A DNA stretch of 53,697 nt, counting the filler, from Streblomastix strix (Eukaryota): the NCBI GenBank assembly GCA_008636045.1. It is 3 parts of 3 records of this genome, joined end to end, with 100 filler letters (N's around TTAATTAATTAA, not from the genome) between each part and the next. Parts side by side here need not be neighbours in the genome. Positions count along the whole stretch, not along the records: positions 1 to 17,843 come from SNRW01000667.1; positions 17,944 to 35,779 come from SNRW01000668.1; 1 more part is not named here. The stretch is one strand, 5' to 3'. The translations under genes and the position numbers were made by a program. The first letter of the stretch is position 1; every line of letters starts with the position of its first letter. The notes beneath the pieces are model-generated. The model had not been told where the DNA came from. It ran no database searches and worked only from the letters and a program-made list of their open reading frames with translations. Below are positions 13,964 to 28,001 of this stretch, piece by piece.

Positions 13964-15385
13964 TCAAAAATTAAAAATCAAAACTTTTTAAATTTTCATA
14001 GTAAGTTCATTATTTGCAACGAATGTATATTTCTTTTTAATAGCATTCATATATAAATTGTTATTCTTTAATGCATTCATTACATTTAATGGAGATAACC
14101 AAGGAGGATTTGCAATTGAAAAGTTAGATTGTGAAGAATAGCATAAACTTATCTTTGGAATATTGCACAAAAAAGGTGGATGTCTCTTCGGATTGTAGTT
14201 CTTGTAATGTTTGGAATGGCATTCAACGTCCCAATCAGTAGAAAGATCACTGAATAAATATCCTCGTTAATCTCGCTCCAGAATAGATTCATGGAAGTTA
14301 CGACTAGTTTATTGGTTTAAACTTATATTCTCCTGTTCATCTCTACAAATTGAATCTTTTTCTTTTATATTAGTTTGTAATATAGAATCTGTTTCTTCTT
14401 CATAATTATATTTCTAAATCTTACCTCTTGATTGAAGGTAATTAATGAATATGTCGTGAAATGGCATATATACTTGGGAACAGATATCAATTCTTGAAAT
14501 ATCCAAACCAAGTCCAACAAGTGAATTTGATTATGAATTATTTGAATTTTAATTGTCATCATCTTGATAATTATCTGTTTTATCCAATTCTTTTTTACCG
14601 AAAAAGTTTTTTGTATCAAAATCTTTATTAACTTCTTCAATTTAGTCGTAATATGGATATTATGAATGTTCTTAACACAAAACAGCTATTGAATGCATTG
14701 TTGGAATATAAGATACAGAAATTGGTAACGAAGGAAGATCTTTTACTTCTCGTGTCATAATGCTCCTTTAATCAATAGTTCCAAATGTCAATCTTTATTC
14801 TACAAAGTCGATCCAGCAAAGTGTAGGATGAGGAATTTGTGTTTTATGACTATTTTCAACCTTAATACTTTATTGAGATTCAATAATACTACTCATTTCA
14901 CTGTTTCTTTCACTACTTTCACTACTAATATCAATCTGATTAGTTTGATTTGGAGAATTATTTTCAATTGTACTCATCGGTTAAAGCGAATGAATAACAT
15001 TATTATATTCAATATCTCTCCAAACAATCGTACCAGATTGATAGTTCCATTTCAAAGTTTATAGTTTATCTCCATATACATAAACATTCCCTTAATCTTC
15101 AATCAGTTTCATCGGTTGTGGGCACAATTTTAAAGTAGATATTAGAGAAGGAAAGAAGAATTTTGCTTAACTTTGATTTTTACCATTTTTAGGTTAATTA
15201 GGTTGAAAATCAAGTATTGCAGATAATGGAATTAGTGATGTAGTTAGTTGTCCGTTTTATCCTGTAACTAATAATACAACTCCTTCATTTTGTAAGTAAA
15301 TTCCTTGTTTTTAATTTTCATTATCTTTTGATTGTTTGTGACTAATATGTTCTAATATAATCTAATGTTCTATTTCATATGCATC
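13964..15385 (-). CDS. Unidentified protein, 5'-truncated (~470 aa open frame)
   Basis: Continuous TGA-free minus frame with protein-like composition ending at TGA 13966-13964. No clear start; it abuts the truncated helicase remnant. Confidence 0.55.
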
Positions 15386-15389
15386 TATC

Positions 15390-17040
15390 TTATGGTATCA
15401 CAGTTCTTATGAATTTGTAATCTGAAATTTCTTGGCTTAATAGACTCAGGACAGTATTATGAAGCAATCTCACATATCCAACCAACTTTTAACTATTTGA
15501 AATGTTTTATACAGAATCTATCTATTTCTGTTAATGATATCTCAAAAATTTCTTTTTTAGCCTCAGTCATTGGTATTATTATACTATTGAATTATGAAAT
15601 GTCTCTTTTAAGGAAGAAAGTAAGCATATTATCATAGAAACCTGGTTATTTCCTTTATTAAAACAATTTCGTGAAATATTCTGTATCCTTCTTATATTTA
15701 GGACTACATTAGCATACTAAGTATCTTCTATCATCTTATTCTAAGTGAATAGGATCTAAATGATTAGAAACCAAGATGAAATTTAATAAATTTCTAGAAG
15801 TATGAGTATTAAGAAATTTGGTTCTTATCGATAGAGTTGGATCTGTTATTAATGATTTTAACTTATCAGCATCATGAGAGCCAGATTCCTTGAACATACT
15901 TAGCACATTTAATATTATAAGCACTTGATTTTCTAATCTATTATTAAACTAACCAGTAACATCTGTTAGAGAATCAACATTTGCTAATGAATAACCAGCA
16001 ATACTTTAGAGAGTAGGTCAGTAAAACTATTTTTTCCACAGCCTTATCCACCTCTTAATAAAATAGCAACTCTTGTTTAGATTTCTGGATGCTATACTAT
16101 ACAAGCAAACCAATTCAAAATATATTCATAAACTGCATTATCATCATTAGCAATGACTTATTTAATGTGATCTAACTACAATTATATTAGATTCATGTTG
16201 ATTTCTTATACTTCATGATATTTCAAGCCTTGAAACATAGAAAATACTCCTGGATCATCACTTTTGAAATCCACTTCATTAACTACGAATACTTTATTAC
16301 AAGCAAGAACTAATTACCACAGTGTTTTAGACTTCTTTCTATTGAAATGTGCTGGAATCTTATGAAGCATATCTTAAACATTAGTACTTGACTTCCATAC
16401 TATAGAGAATTTCTTTTCCAAATTATCGAATTATTTAAATAAGAATGTATCAGAATCTAAGTGAATATATCTCATTATCTTAGACATATCAGATATAATA
16501 TCTTCAATACATTAATATTCTTCTTAATAAATCTTATCTTTGATATCTGTTAATTAGAATTTCTCTGATAAATCAATTTTATTTACTATGATTTTACTAA
16601 AATCGATTTTATCTTCTTCATTATAAGAACTAACATGAGATTTCACCGATGATTTTATATCATCATCTTTTACTAATTATTCTTTGATTTTAGTTAGTAA
16701 GTATTGTTATTTCTAATACTTTTCATTAGTTAATCTAACTAACTTCATTATATCTACGGAGATACAGATAGTATGTGCTTTGCTATTGCTGGTAATGAAG
16801 CTGCAGGAATACATCAAGGAATAAGATATGTAATAAGTGATGAATAATTATATAATGAAACATACTATTAGTTTCTTCCAAGGAACACTGATTCAATAGA
16901 TGTATATGATGAGAAAAAAATAAATGGATTAACAGTACAAAGTGAAGGATCTGCTTGTATAGCATTAGCAGCGAAGTGTTATTATATAAGTACTGAATCA
17001 TGTAGTGATAGTGGAAAGCTTCGATAAGAGCAACAATCAA
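15390..17040 (-). pseudogene. Decayed SF3 (D5-like, primase-associated) helicase of Polinton/Maverick type
   Basis: ILNWFACIVQHP, Walker A GGQGCGKN (~16030-16052), KLKSLITDP, NFILVSNH, DDRRY, IPMTEAK. Frameshift near 16005. C-terminus truncated; boundaries approximate. Confidence 0.8.
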
Positions 17041-17843
17041 TTATTAAATTGAAGGGAGTAAATTAGAAATAGAATTAAAATATTGATTTTCAAAAAGCAT
17101 TTCATACCAATTTTGACAATAATACTGTAACAACAGTGGAAAACAATTCATTAATACAGAAGAATAGTATTATATCTAGAATAACATAAATTAAAATAGG
17201 AATTAGTGGTGTTAATACTAAAGCAATCGTATTATAAAATTAATCATGTGCTCCGTATTTACATGGAGTTCCAGCAAGTAATTATGTAATTGATGATGAA
17301 TTGTGAAAATGAGAATTTACATGTAAACTACGTTTTCATGATATGATAATAATACACATAAATTAGAATATAATTATTTTTACGATTATCTTAGCGATAT
17401 TAGCGAAATATATTAAATATTCATGAAATTTTCATTGAAAATTCGAATTAAAAAATTATAAAAATAAAATAGAAATAAGGAAAATAATAATTAAAATAAA
17501 GAAAATTAATAGGACATAGGACAGGACTAGGACAAGGACAATACTAAAAGTTTCCAAAACGAAAATGAAGAATATTCCATGAATATTAATAAATATTAAT
17601 TTTTATTAATTATTATTTTTATTCAAATATTAATTATTATTATTATAAATTTATATTTTTATTTAATAATTTTTAGTATTGATCAAAATGGAAACAAGGA
17701 AAAGAGTCAAAAAATCAACATCTACCAAATTATCACTGGAGTAATTTAATACGATCTGCTAAGAAAAGATGAAACATGTGGAGAATTACATCGATTAAAC
17801 AACTTTTGCATCATAGAGTGATAAGCAATAAGCAATTTTAGTT

Positions 17844-17943
17844 NNNNNNNNNNNNNNNNNNNNNNNNNNNNNNNNNNNNNNNNNNNNTTAATTAATTAAN
17901 NNNNNNNNNNNNNNNNNNNNNNNNNNNNNNNNNNNNNNNNNNN
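17844..17943. other. Artificial contig linker (N44-TTAATTAATTAA-N44)
   Basis: 100-nt spacer with a six-frame-stop 12-mer, identical to the one at 35780-35879. Confidence 0.97.
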
Positions 17944-18209
17944 TAATTGATATAATTTTTCTATCCTCTCAAATCTACTTTTTATCCATTTTTATAAAAA
18001 AATTAAAAAAATAGTTAATTTAAACATGAGCACATCTACCTACTTCTTTATTCATCGTCAACCTAACCCATATTAACTTCAGACCGGCTAATCTCAACTT
18101 CGTCATGCTCTACCGCTTCGGGATCAATTTATTAATTCTAACCTTGATTCTACGAGCGAGGTGAACCCTCTTCATCATTCTATTCGTTATTCCGCTTGTC
18201 AGTATAAAT

Positions 18210-18720
18210 TAAAAAATAGAAATAACTGTATATGAAAGGAGATATATACAAGACTACGAAGTGGATAAATCTGGTATCAATTGGTTCAAAGAAGTAGAAA
18301 CATGATTATGTGCCAGAGTAAGAATGGATCTGGGAATATTTGTACAAAGACATTAAAATTTGATACTTCATCATAAATCTATAACAATAGTGGGAGATTA
18401 GCAAATGTTGTGGACAAGCATATTTGCAAATATGACACTCCTAAGTACAATTCTAGTCCTTCTACTGATTAAATTGATTCAAATATAGTATTCTTTCTGT
18501 TTCTATAATTTATATCATTTGCTTGTCTTTGTTTCAAATCATTTACATCTGACTGCTTTTACAAGTTCATCTGTTCTGAAATGAAATTGGCTAGATGTAA
18601 TCCACTGATTCCAGTAGAAATACTTTTTCCTAGGAGAACACGATAGTACATTAGTTCATATGTGAACGAAAAAGCGGGAAAAATACTCCATTTGGTTTTG
18701 AAATCGTTAATATACTAAAT
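18210..18720 (-). pseudogene. Membrane-protein fragment resembling an ABCA-type transporter transmembrane region
   Basis: KWSIFPAFSFTYELMYY...LLWHIIMFLLL*TN*YQIYP pattern with in-frame TGA at 18288-18286 and 18279-18277. The family resemblance is from memory only. Confidence 0.3.
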
Positions 18721-18914
18721 AGTTCAGGTTACAATATATTCAGCTAAAATATTAGGAAAGATGTTAACAGTAGCCCTGATTCACACCCCGTTTTAGAATA
18801 AAAAATCCATTTTTGTTGATTCTATTATTGGACTTGCAACACAAGATAATTTTATAATTCTAAGATAATGAGTATATAACAAATTGAAACAATATACAAT
18901 TGGAGTAATATGTT

Positions 18915-19143
18915 AGTAAATATGTGAAAAAGGAGAGTGTCCCACTTTGAAAAATAAAATGAAATAATGAAAATAAATGAATGAAAATAAATAATGATAA
19001 TAAATAATGTAGAAATAAATTTCATTTAATAAAGTAAATGAAAAATAAACATTTGATTAATATTAATGATGTATATTTATAATAAAACTTGATTGAATGA
19101 AATGCTTAAAATGTATGGCACTCTCCTTTTTCACATAATTACT
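18915..19143. mobile_element. Small MITE-like element (~230 bp) with ~27-bp TIRs
   Basis: AGTAAATATGTGAAAAAGGAGAGTGTC ... GGCACTCTCCTTTTTCACATAATTACT flank an AT-rich core. Confidence 0.7.
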
Positions 19144-19419
19144 TACTCTGTTAATTAGATGCGTTAATAAATTTCATCGAGTGAAAATATTGATGAAAAA
19201 ACGTTAATGAAAAGCGCTGAATAAGAGCGAGAAAATGAGTTTACTAATGAATGGCTTTAAAGTGGTCCGATTGCCTCAACCCAAAGGGCATTTTTAACTT
19301 ATTATAGAAATTTGCTGCCAATATGCCAATGTGTCAATTGATTGGAAATATTAATATGTTTCTCATTGCTATAGTCAAAAATAAAGTCCATTAGCAACTC
19401 AAACGTTTAATGTATATGG

Positions 19420-21330
19420 CATATCATCTGTTAAAATTCAATATCATCATCTTAATCTATCTCTTCTTTTAACAAATCGAGCTAAGCATAATATTCATGT
19501 ATTAATTCATATCATCATTAACGTATTGATTATGTTTATATCTTTTTACGGTCGCAATATATCCTAATTCCAATTTCATAGAATTATTATTTTATGTTTT
19601 CTTGGTTCAAATTATAATACACTAGTACATGGAACACCATATTTTAATTCAACGATATGCTTTAATATTAAATCTTCTATCTACGACTTACTGGCCTTAA
19701 TTATATCACGTTTTGCCCCTGACATAGATAGTAGTCGCATATCAAAATCTTTCAGATCTTATTACATTATGAAAGTAAATAAATTGTTGTAAAAATTTTC
19801 ATCTTTATTATTGCATAATTCTTTAAAATATTGATTATCTCCTTTTTGAATTGAAAAGCATTTTAATACAACATAACGCCTATCACTCGCGTCGATATTT
19901 ACCAGATAAGGACTATTTCAAACGAATATAAAATTGGCTATATTCTCAGCATCACTACGAGGTTAATTTTTTCATTTATTTTTATCGTATAATAAGTTTC
20001 AATTGATTTTAAACCCTCATTATTTGCCCGTTTATCTTCTCCAAAATTTATCATTTCTTTGGTCTCAATTGAGATCTTTCCTTCGACAATTGAATTGAAA
20101 ATACCAGTCAATTCTTTTATTATTGTGCAATTTTTATAGCTGTAGTTTGCCATGAGCTCACATAAAACATCTGTAAATCGGTTCTTATCAATGCCTTAAA
20201 TACCTTTTAAAATAAGTGATGATTTGGTCTTTTTCCCTGCATTTTGAAGAATATATACTATCCAATTAATTATATAAATATATAATTTTTCATCCTCTGA
20301 ACAAATAACGTTTAATATTAAATCTAAATATTATTTTATAATATTTTTATCACATTTTTCAAGTAGTTCATATTTCCATCTTTAAAATAATAAGAAAAAT
20401 TGCTATTCTTTTTCATTGAATTTTGTACCATATATGCTAAAAAAGGCTAAATATTTTTCGAATATATGCTATATAGTTAATTATTTTTTGCCATCATTCT
20501 ATAATAAAATTGTTTTTAATATATTAGACTTACCCGATTTTGTCTTATGTTTTAATATATATCTTTTTGCATGAACATTACATGCATTGACAGTGAAATT
20601 TATTATTGATTCAACAAATAGAATAACTTTTGTCAAATCCGATATAACTTCTTCATCTTTGGTATATTTCTTTTTTCTCATATCAAAAAATTTAAAATCA
20701 TCATCTAAATCGATATAAAAAATTTTCATTTCTGATACATTTTTATTTTAATTATTTGATTTTCTGAGCTCTGGTAGTATTACACTCTTATAATATTATT
20801 TTCTGTGTAATTTAATAATTTTCTATAAATTGAATATGAATTTTTTATCATTAAATCTTATCTTTTTCTGCTCTCATTATTCCATTGCATTATTTGTTAA
20901 GTTATTGGATTCTTTAACATTTTCTTAAATTTATTCAATCTCCTCCTCATTAAACTCGCAATTGATAAGTCCATTAAGTCCCAAAAACAAAGTTAATAAG
21001 CATATTTCTTTTTCTATTTTTTACACATCGTTATGAATCTCTAATCATTCTATATCTTTAATCAACAACTCCAAATAATCATGTGATAATTAAATGGTTT
21101 CTTCATCAGATATATAAAGTATTTCTTCGTGGACTTATTGCTACAGGTCGATATCTAATAAATCCAATATGCACTCAGGAGGAGCCATAAATTATTTAGA
21201 TTTATAATTATTTAAATTAATATAGTTTAATACATATCTTTCATTTTTTTTGACTCTATAATTGTAGAACCAGCTTATACTATCCAATGTTATTTTTCAT
21301 TAACGCAACAAAACAAATCAATCTCATAAT
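19420..21330 (-). pseudogene. Decayed SF3/D5-like helicase
   Basis: NWIVYILQNAGKKTKSSLILKGIQGIDKNRFTD (degenerate Walker A), ELTGIFNSIVEGK, NFIFV*N, DASDRRY, MSGAKRDII. Several frameshifts; boundaries approximate. Confidence 0.78.
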
Positions 21331-21811
21331 TTTCATTTTTATAAACTTTAATTTATGAATTATTTTTAATATTATAACCATATAAATGGAAATATAAATG
21401 TAGTCCACCATGAGCTATTTAAACTAGTCCAATTTGATCAATTACTTAACCAAGTTGCTTAATTACCTAATATTTTATTTATTTTCTTTATTCTTTATTT
21501 AATTATTTATTTATTTTAATATAAATAATCGCCAACCATTAATATTTTGCAATATCAATTGCTTATTCTGATTTATAGCCGATATTTTATTCATATGAAA
21601 TTTAACATAATTATATATATCTGTTGCTGCATCTCTAATTCTATCACCTAACGATTAAGTATGAATTTTATCAAATTTTTTATATAATTTTTTATTTTAT
21701 AGTCACTTATGTGTTTTGGTTTTTTGTAATTATATGCGTCATTTTTTTCCTTATAAAGTTAATAAAAAAGTCAGTAAAATTCACGAAGCAATTTTATTTT
21801 TATTTGAAAGT

Positions 21812-23181
21812 ATGGTCTCTTCCTTAGGATCATCGAAATATACCAAAGTAAAGAAGAAGAATCTTGCATTATGTGACTGTTTCTTACTAATTGATGAAAT
21901 TGCGAAACTTGGAAAATCGACTAAAATGTAGCTCGCAGAAAGAATTTTATTTGTTGTTAAGCAAAAGAAGATAAAGAATGCATCAAATTTAGAGTTAAGC
22001 TAAATTGTAAAATGTTAGAAACAGTTTATTAGTAAGAAACGAACTGGGCAAAAATATGTCAAAAAATAAGTTAGGTAAAACAGATAATTGCTCACTGAAT
22101 AGGAAAACAAAATAGTTGAATGGATATGAAATCGTTACAGCAAGAAGAAGATACAAACGATACCAAAGTAAATTCGTGAGGAAATATTCAAACGATGGAA
22201 GATTGCGGTTTCTGGGAATTTTCACAAATATCTAATAGGGAGACACATTGATAAACTTATAATCAAGAGAGCTACATCACGATAAGTCTAAAGAATGCTA
22301 ATAAGGGCAGAATACATATAGAAACACTTGACCAACCTGAAAATCACGGTAAAAGGGAAAAAGATATGTATTGTAATAAATAGAGATGAGATTGGTATAC
22401 AGGCATATTGCGATACTAGAGATTAATGCTTTATAATTCCAGCGGAGTACAAGGACGACGAAATTCACATGGCTGCAGATAGATCTGAGATACGGGTCAG
22501 CACAATGATCGCAGTTATTCTCGATTATCAGTTACTTCTTCCATTTCTGAATTCGAAGCAATCTGTTATATAATAAGAGCTACAATAAAATAATGTAATA
22601 TAAAATGAAAATGTAATAGTTGTAAGTTCAACAAGTGGTATGATTAATATAGACCTAATGTTACAATGGGTGAGAGATGTGCTCATTAAGTTCGTAAAAT
22701 TGCAGCGTTAAAAATATCGACTGCAAAATCGATATGAGGCAGTTCTAATAGTGGACAATATGACTGCACATCGTAATAACGATGTTAAGGACTTATTAAA
22801 AGCAAATAGCACCATACTATTGACTTTACAACCGCATTAGACGCATTTTACATAGCCGTGTGACGTGGGCATATTCGGTACTCTGAAACAATACTATTAA
22901 TAAAACAGAGAAGGAATAGCAAAATTTACACTAGCATAAATTGCTACACACATCATTGATGCATCGCAGAAAGCAGCATCGCTCCAGATAATAAAAAACA
23001 GGTTTCCACCTGCGCAGTTCTCTCCATAGTCAATGGTGATCTCTTAGAAGCTGATGTAAATATGCACGCATTCGATGAGGACATACAGCAACTGTAAGCA
23101 GACAACACATCCACCGCAATAACATTAAAATACACAGGTAGAAAACGAAAAACTGCAAAATTCGGAATATTGAATTCTTGA
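21812..23181 (+). pseudogene. pogo/Tigger-like (DDE_1) transposase remnant nested in the Polinton
   Basis: CENP-B-like LTEQENKIVEWI, INRDEIG, VLIVDNMTAH, LQPHQTHFTQPCDVGIFGTLK. Stops and frameshifts present. Confidence 0.8.
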
Positions 23182-23316
23182 GATAAATTATAGTTTGATA
23201 ATGTTTATTTATTTCATTTTTCAATATTATTGTTATGATATGTATTTTAACAAATAAATTCAACTTTTAAAAATATAAACTATCTATTTTATTATAACAA
23301 TTAAAATTTTATTTCA

Positions 23317-25042
23317 ATGAATTTTAATTACATAAAACTATTAAAAACCAAAATCCATAAGTAACTGTATTAACTATCTTATGAAGATTTCAAAGCATCA
23401 ATTGTTAACAAAATTTGACTCAATGACGGAGAACATCATTATTCAATCAAAGAAATCAAACCATAATCATAAATACCAGCGTTATTTGATAAGGAGATTA
23501 TTATAAGTTTATCGGTCATAGACCACAACATCATATAGATATAAAATTCGTTCTTGTCGATAATGCTAACTGTCAGTATCTAACTGGATGATAAATTTGA
23601 TAAAATTGACGAATCATATAAGTACGGATTGGTTCTATTTGTAGGTCTCAAATCAGGTTCAAATCTTATAAAAGAATACACCATCTATCACAGAGGTAAA
23701 ACCGTAGATGAAAGTTTATAGAATGACACAACAACTGAATAATTTATTTATAATACAATCAAGCCAAAAAGTGAGAAAATAATAGTAATCATATTCATTC
23801 GCTTTATGAATATATTCATAAATTTGATACGTCAGCGTGTGGAACATATATAAGTATGCGAGAGATTGAAGAACTAATAGGAAATCAAACAGCGGTTCCA
23901 TATACAATTCCAATACGCTTCTGAGTCAACATTTCACTTGATAACCTCCTGATATTTTCTGCATTTACTGATTATCCTAATGGCCTATTTGGTGATTTAA
24001 AATAAAATTCAAAATAAATCCTCATGCATTTGTTTTTTATCAAATGAATCCAATTATTTCAATAGTTAAATATTATACAATGAATTAGGATAATTTATTC
24101 GGTAGTAGTGAGTAGAAGCTAATGAATATCGATTTTACGTGCAGAAATTGGAGTCTGACATTCTAATATACTAAATAATTTACGCATTTAATATGCACTG
24201 CTGACTTGATTACAGGACTACATGCGGAACCACTAACTGAGTCAGGACTGAAGAACTTAATATGCGACATCAAACTCATTACCATGAGCATAAAAAATTA
24301 TGTCATAACAGAGGTCACGGCTAACATTGCAGGTTATAAAGCTACTGATGCATGCCTTAATCGAGTCCGTTAATTCTACAGCTAACGCCCATTTGTTGTT
24401 CCCGCTCAACGTGTTGAAGTATGGCCATTTCCAATGTCTGCTACATTAGCGGGAATACGAACATCTTAAAATATTCCTCAGTCTCACGTAACTGATTTCT
24501 GTCTGCCATTTCCGAAAGATGCAAGAGCTACGATTTGCTTTGAAAATCCTTGCAATCAGAAAATGCAAGTAACCACCTGCGGACGTAATTTCCCAGATAT
24601 GCCTATGAATACGTTTGACCAATAATTCTTCTAATTATAACTTAATGTGTCAAATCTTGACCTATTATTCGAAGCCACTAATGAGTATGAAGATGCTTTG
24701 ACTACACCAAGAAATACAGCAACTCTAAGATTGAATCCACACACTGATTTAACAATCTTTTTGATAATACTTTAATGTTAAAGGAATAGTAATGGAGCAT
24801 TAACTTTTGAGGTACTAGACAATCAGAACTAAAATATATCTGTTGAAGTCAAAGGAGCACCAATATATCAAGGAGCAACAGATTCATATTATAATGTAGA
24901 TACAAGTGGAAAGAGACCACCGCCTCCAATTTTATGCACAGTTCATGATACATTTTGGTTATTTTCACCTGCAACGGACAGAAACTGAATATATGATACA
25001 AATCGTTAATTTGATGAAGTTATTGGACTGCTTACAGGATGA
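23317..25042 (+). pseudogene. Putative major capsid protein of the Polinton (~570 aa, disrupted)
   Basis: Long beta-rich ORF (LFVGLKSGSNLIKEYTIYHRGKT, DYPNGLFGDLK, RPFVVPAQRVEVWPFP, CGRNFPDMPMNT, PPPILCTVHDTFWLFSP) with frameshifts. Capsid call inferred from size and context, not from a profile match. Confidence 0.55.
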
Positions 25043-25183
25043 ACGAACTAATCAGTTTATGTTTATACATTTCTTATTTATTTATTTATATATATAACTA
25101 TCACCTAAACATTAATAATATAGTTATTTAAATAGGTCATTAGTTATATACACACTAATTAGTTTTTATTTATTTTATAATAA

Positions 25184-25580
25184 ATGGCTACAAATATGAC
25201 TTCAGCATAAAATTTAAAATATTACACTTTAACATAAAATGATGGATTTGTAATCGGAGAAAACGGTTAGAATGGAGTTGGTTTTGCATTACTTTATGCA
25301 TTTGTAAATTCGGATAATTAAAGAAAAATAATATTCTACTAATGTCATTGTTCAAACTAAGGCGCGGATGAGGATATTACAATTCATAGTTCGATGATTC
25401 AAGAGGAATAATATTTCGATTAGTTTATAAGCAATTATAATGAAAAACGTGTTTATAAGCCCTTCATATAATACTCGCACAATAGATATTTATATGTATA
25501 GTTCCGATAAAATTAAGAATTATTGGATATAAATTAATAATTAAAATTTGTTCTTGAGTTGATGTTGAAATACGGACTTA
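25184..25580 (+). CDS. Small Polinton protein (~130 aa), possibly minor-capsid-like; end uncertain
   Basis: MATNMTSAQNLKYYTL...ITIHSSMIQEEQYFDQFIS...LYVQFR...KFVLELMLKY, directly downstream of the putative MCP. Confidence 0.4.
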
Positions 25581-25802
25581 AATTATTTATTTTTCAAAGG
25601 GCGATTTTTAGCCCCTTAACTTTAAACTTATATTTTTGATCAAATCATCGGGCCGCACTAGGGATAAAAAAATGGAAGTAGAAAATTTATGCACAAATGA
25701 GTCTGGCGGATATCCGCGGCACTTGATAATGTTCAAATAAATATGATTTTATAATTAATCGTTTTGTTTATAAAAAAATTCAACTTTTTAACAGTATATA
25801 AA

Positions 25803-26667
25803 ATGGAAGCACAAGTAGCAACAATTCAATAAATTACATCAAACAATGAAACTTTCACTCATGGCTCTTATTTGATGTTTGATATAATGTATTGTGATAA
25901 GGATGGATATTTAAATGCAACAAAATTAATAGCTTAAATTAGTGAACGAGAAAACTCAAAAAAAGAAATCAAAAAAATATTATAATCAGTTTTGTATAGC
26001 AAATATAAGAAATATTTATAGGATAATTTTGTCGGGGAACTTTTGACCAGACAACTTGATTACTAATTAGATAACAACTTTTATGATGTAGTTCGAGGCA
26101 GACATATATATATATAAAGAATTATTAAATATAATATGTATGAAAACATCAATAAAATATCTACTTCATGTGAATAAAATATTGGATGTAATTAATGAAC
26201 GTATATAAATCGAATTCTAAGCTCAAGATGATTAGACATCCATGGCTTATTTTGCAAACGAGTAAATTCAATTGGTTATAGAAGAATAAAAAATAATAAT
26301 TAATGAAAAAGATGATAAAATAAATCAATTGAAACCAAGAGCTGTTCCATAAGGCAAAGAAACAGCTTATGTTCTAGCAGTCCAATATATAGAAGTTGAT
26401 GATAAAAATAATACAATATTAAAGGTTCGAAGAAGAAATAAGAAATGTATTAGCCATAAATTGATGCATGAATTAAAAGATGCATTGTTATTCTATGTTT
26501 AGGAATGTATTGCTATGACCAAAAATGAAGCCGTCAAAGAATATTTAAATAAAAATATGGATGGAATTTAATTTAAAGGAACCAAATATATATTTAATGA
26601 AGATTTAACCGATGAAGTCATAAATAAAATTAAGGAATATATGAATATATAACTTGAACTCAAATGA
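25803..26667 (+). pseudogene. KilA-N (APSES-like) DNA-binding protein with a coiled-coil and C-terminal domain; frameshifted near 26110
   Basis: ETFTHGSYLMFDIMYCDKDGYLNATKL is the KilA-N N-terminal signature. Ends TGA 26665-26667. Confidence 0.75.
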
Positions 26668-27053
26668 AAAACATAATTTTATTTATTTTTGCAGAAATTA
26701 AATGGAAAGAATATTGTTTGACAAATGAAAAAACAATTAATTTGTTTCAAAATTATAAACAGAAACGGATGAATAGGATTAAATACCATTCGAGGAGGAG
26801 GTCGAAAGAAACAAACAATTTATGTAATTTGAGACCTTAAACTATTTCAAATAATTTATTTCCTAAAATTAATAGTAATTATCTAAACTATCAACATAAA
26901 AATTAAATAAATTATATAAATTGGACAGTTATATGTTATCAAAAATAGAAGGTCAAGTATGTATAAGAACTTGTGCCAAAGATTAATTGAATAGGATTGA
27001 GTATAGATTAGACTAGTTTTTTGATGTTCTGAACAATTTAGTTTAAATGCTGA

Positions 27054-27144
27054 AATGAATGACTTTTGACTGCACCGAGTGCATCGAGTGCATCGAGTCA
27101 AAAAGTTTCATCAAAAACTGCTGCCAGCCTGCCATTCTGCCAGA
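27054..27144 (+). repeat. Conserved ~90-bp structured element, copy 1
   Basis: 87/91 identical to 34271-34361; inverted copy at 29119-29208. Confidence 0.9.
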
Positions 27145-27174
27145 AGTGAGGAAAAATAAAGTTGATTAACTATT

Positions 27175-27962
27175 TCAGATTATTTTGACAACTATTCCAC
27201 TCATTTCATATTATATCACTAAATATTATTATTATGTTAGTCGCACATACTCATACCATATTGTTTCTTTATCTGATAGTATTGAAGATTAATAAAATAA
27301 TAAATTAAATTTTAATCTGTTAAATGAACTGAAGAACCACAATGAATCAAAATTTGATTTAATCGCAGCATCTAAACCAATAATGTCCTATAATCAAAGG
27401 AATTATGATATTCGGGGCTATCTATTCTTAAATAGCTTTTTAAACAGTGGATTATTTTTATTTTTAAATACACTCATTGCATCGTCAAATAAAACAATTG
27501 TATGAGGAAATTTTACATTAAAATTACCATCTCCACTAGCTCCAAATATATTGGTTAATATATCATTTTTTGATTCTTCCGTTAGCTCTTTTTATAATTA
27601 TTTTTCTTAAATTTTGTCATACGCTTATTTACATTCTATCAAATCATTCAGCACTTGATCCGCATCGGCATATGGAATAATTTTAGTCGGAATTTTAATC
27701 AAATTCTTCATCTTTTTTAAATGGTGTCATTATTTGAATCGCTGATGTATATGAATATTGTATAGCAATGTTTTTTAATTAGCTCAATTTTATTAGCTCT
27801 TTGAAGACGTTGTATGTCTTACCACTACCACGTTAATTTATCAATAAATTTACAGAATTATATGTAAAATTTAATTCTTTATGAATAATTATTCAAAATT
27901 TTGTGCTTATTCACTTTTATTTCTTTTAATATGTTATTAACTTTTTATGTTAAACTCGCCAT
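27175..27962 (-). pseudogene. A32-like (FtsK/HerA family) genome packaging ATPase
   Basis: Walker A RGSGKT (~27815-27835), Walker B HTIVLFDDA, NRQPRI arginine motif, LQD sensor. Frameshifts and one TGA. Confidence 0.82.
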
Positions 27963-28001
27963 TTTTATTATATAAAACTTTTTTTATCGATAAAAAATAA
28001 A

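Noticed and set aside
17511..17541. AGGAC(A/T) short tandem repeat as a telomere or element terminus
   Set aside because: Only five irregular units, with no matching partner found in the window.
17888..17899. TTAATTAATTAA palindrome repeated at 35824
   Set aside because: Synthetic six-frame stop linker, not biological.
27054..27144. 90-bp element as a SECIS, hammerhead ribozyme or CRISPR repeat
   Set aside because: It lacks the apical AA and GA quartet geometry of a SECIS and the CUGAUGA...GAAA hammerhead core. Copies are kb apart with no spacers, and there are no cas genes.
15398..27390. In-frame TGAs in the helicase junction, helicase 2, capsid-like gene, pogo and ATPase as evidence for UGA=Trp
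   Set aside because: These are in frameshifted pseudogenes or out-of-frame junction sequence, and the contexts suggest decay from Ser/Cys/Arg codons.
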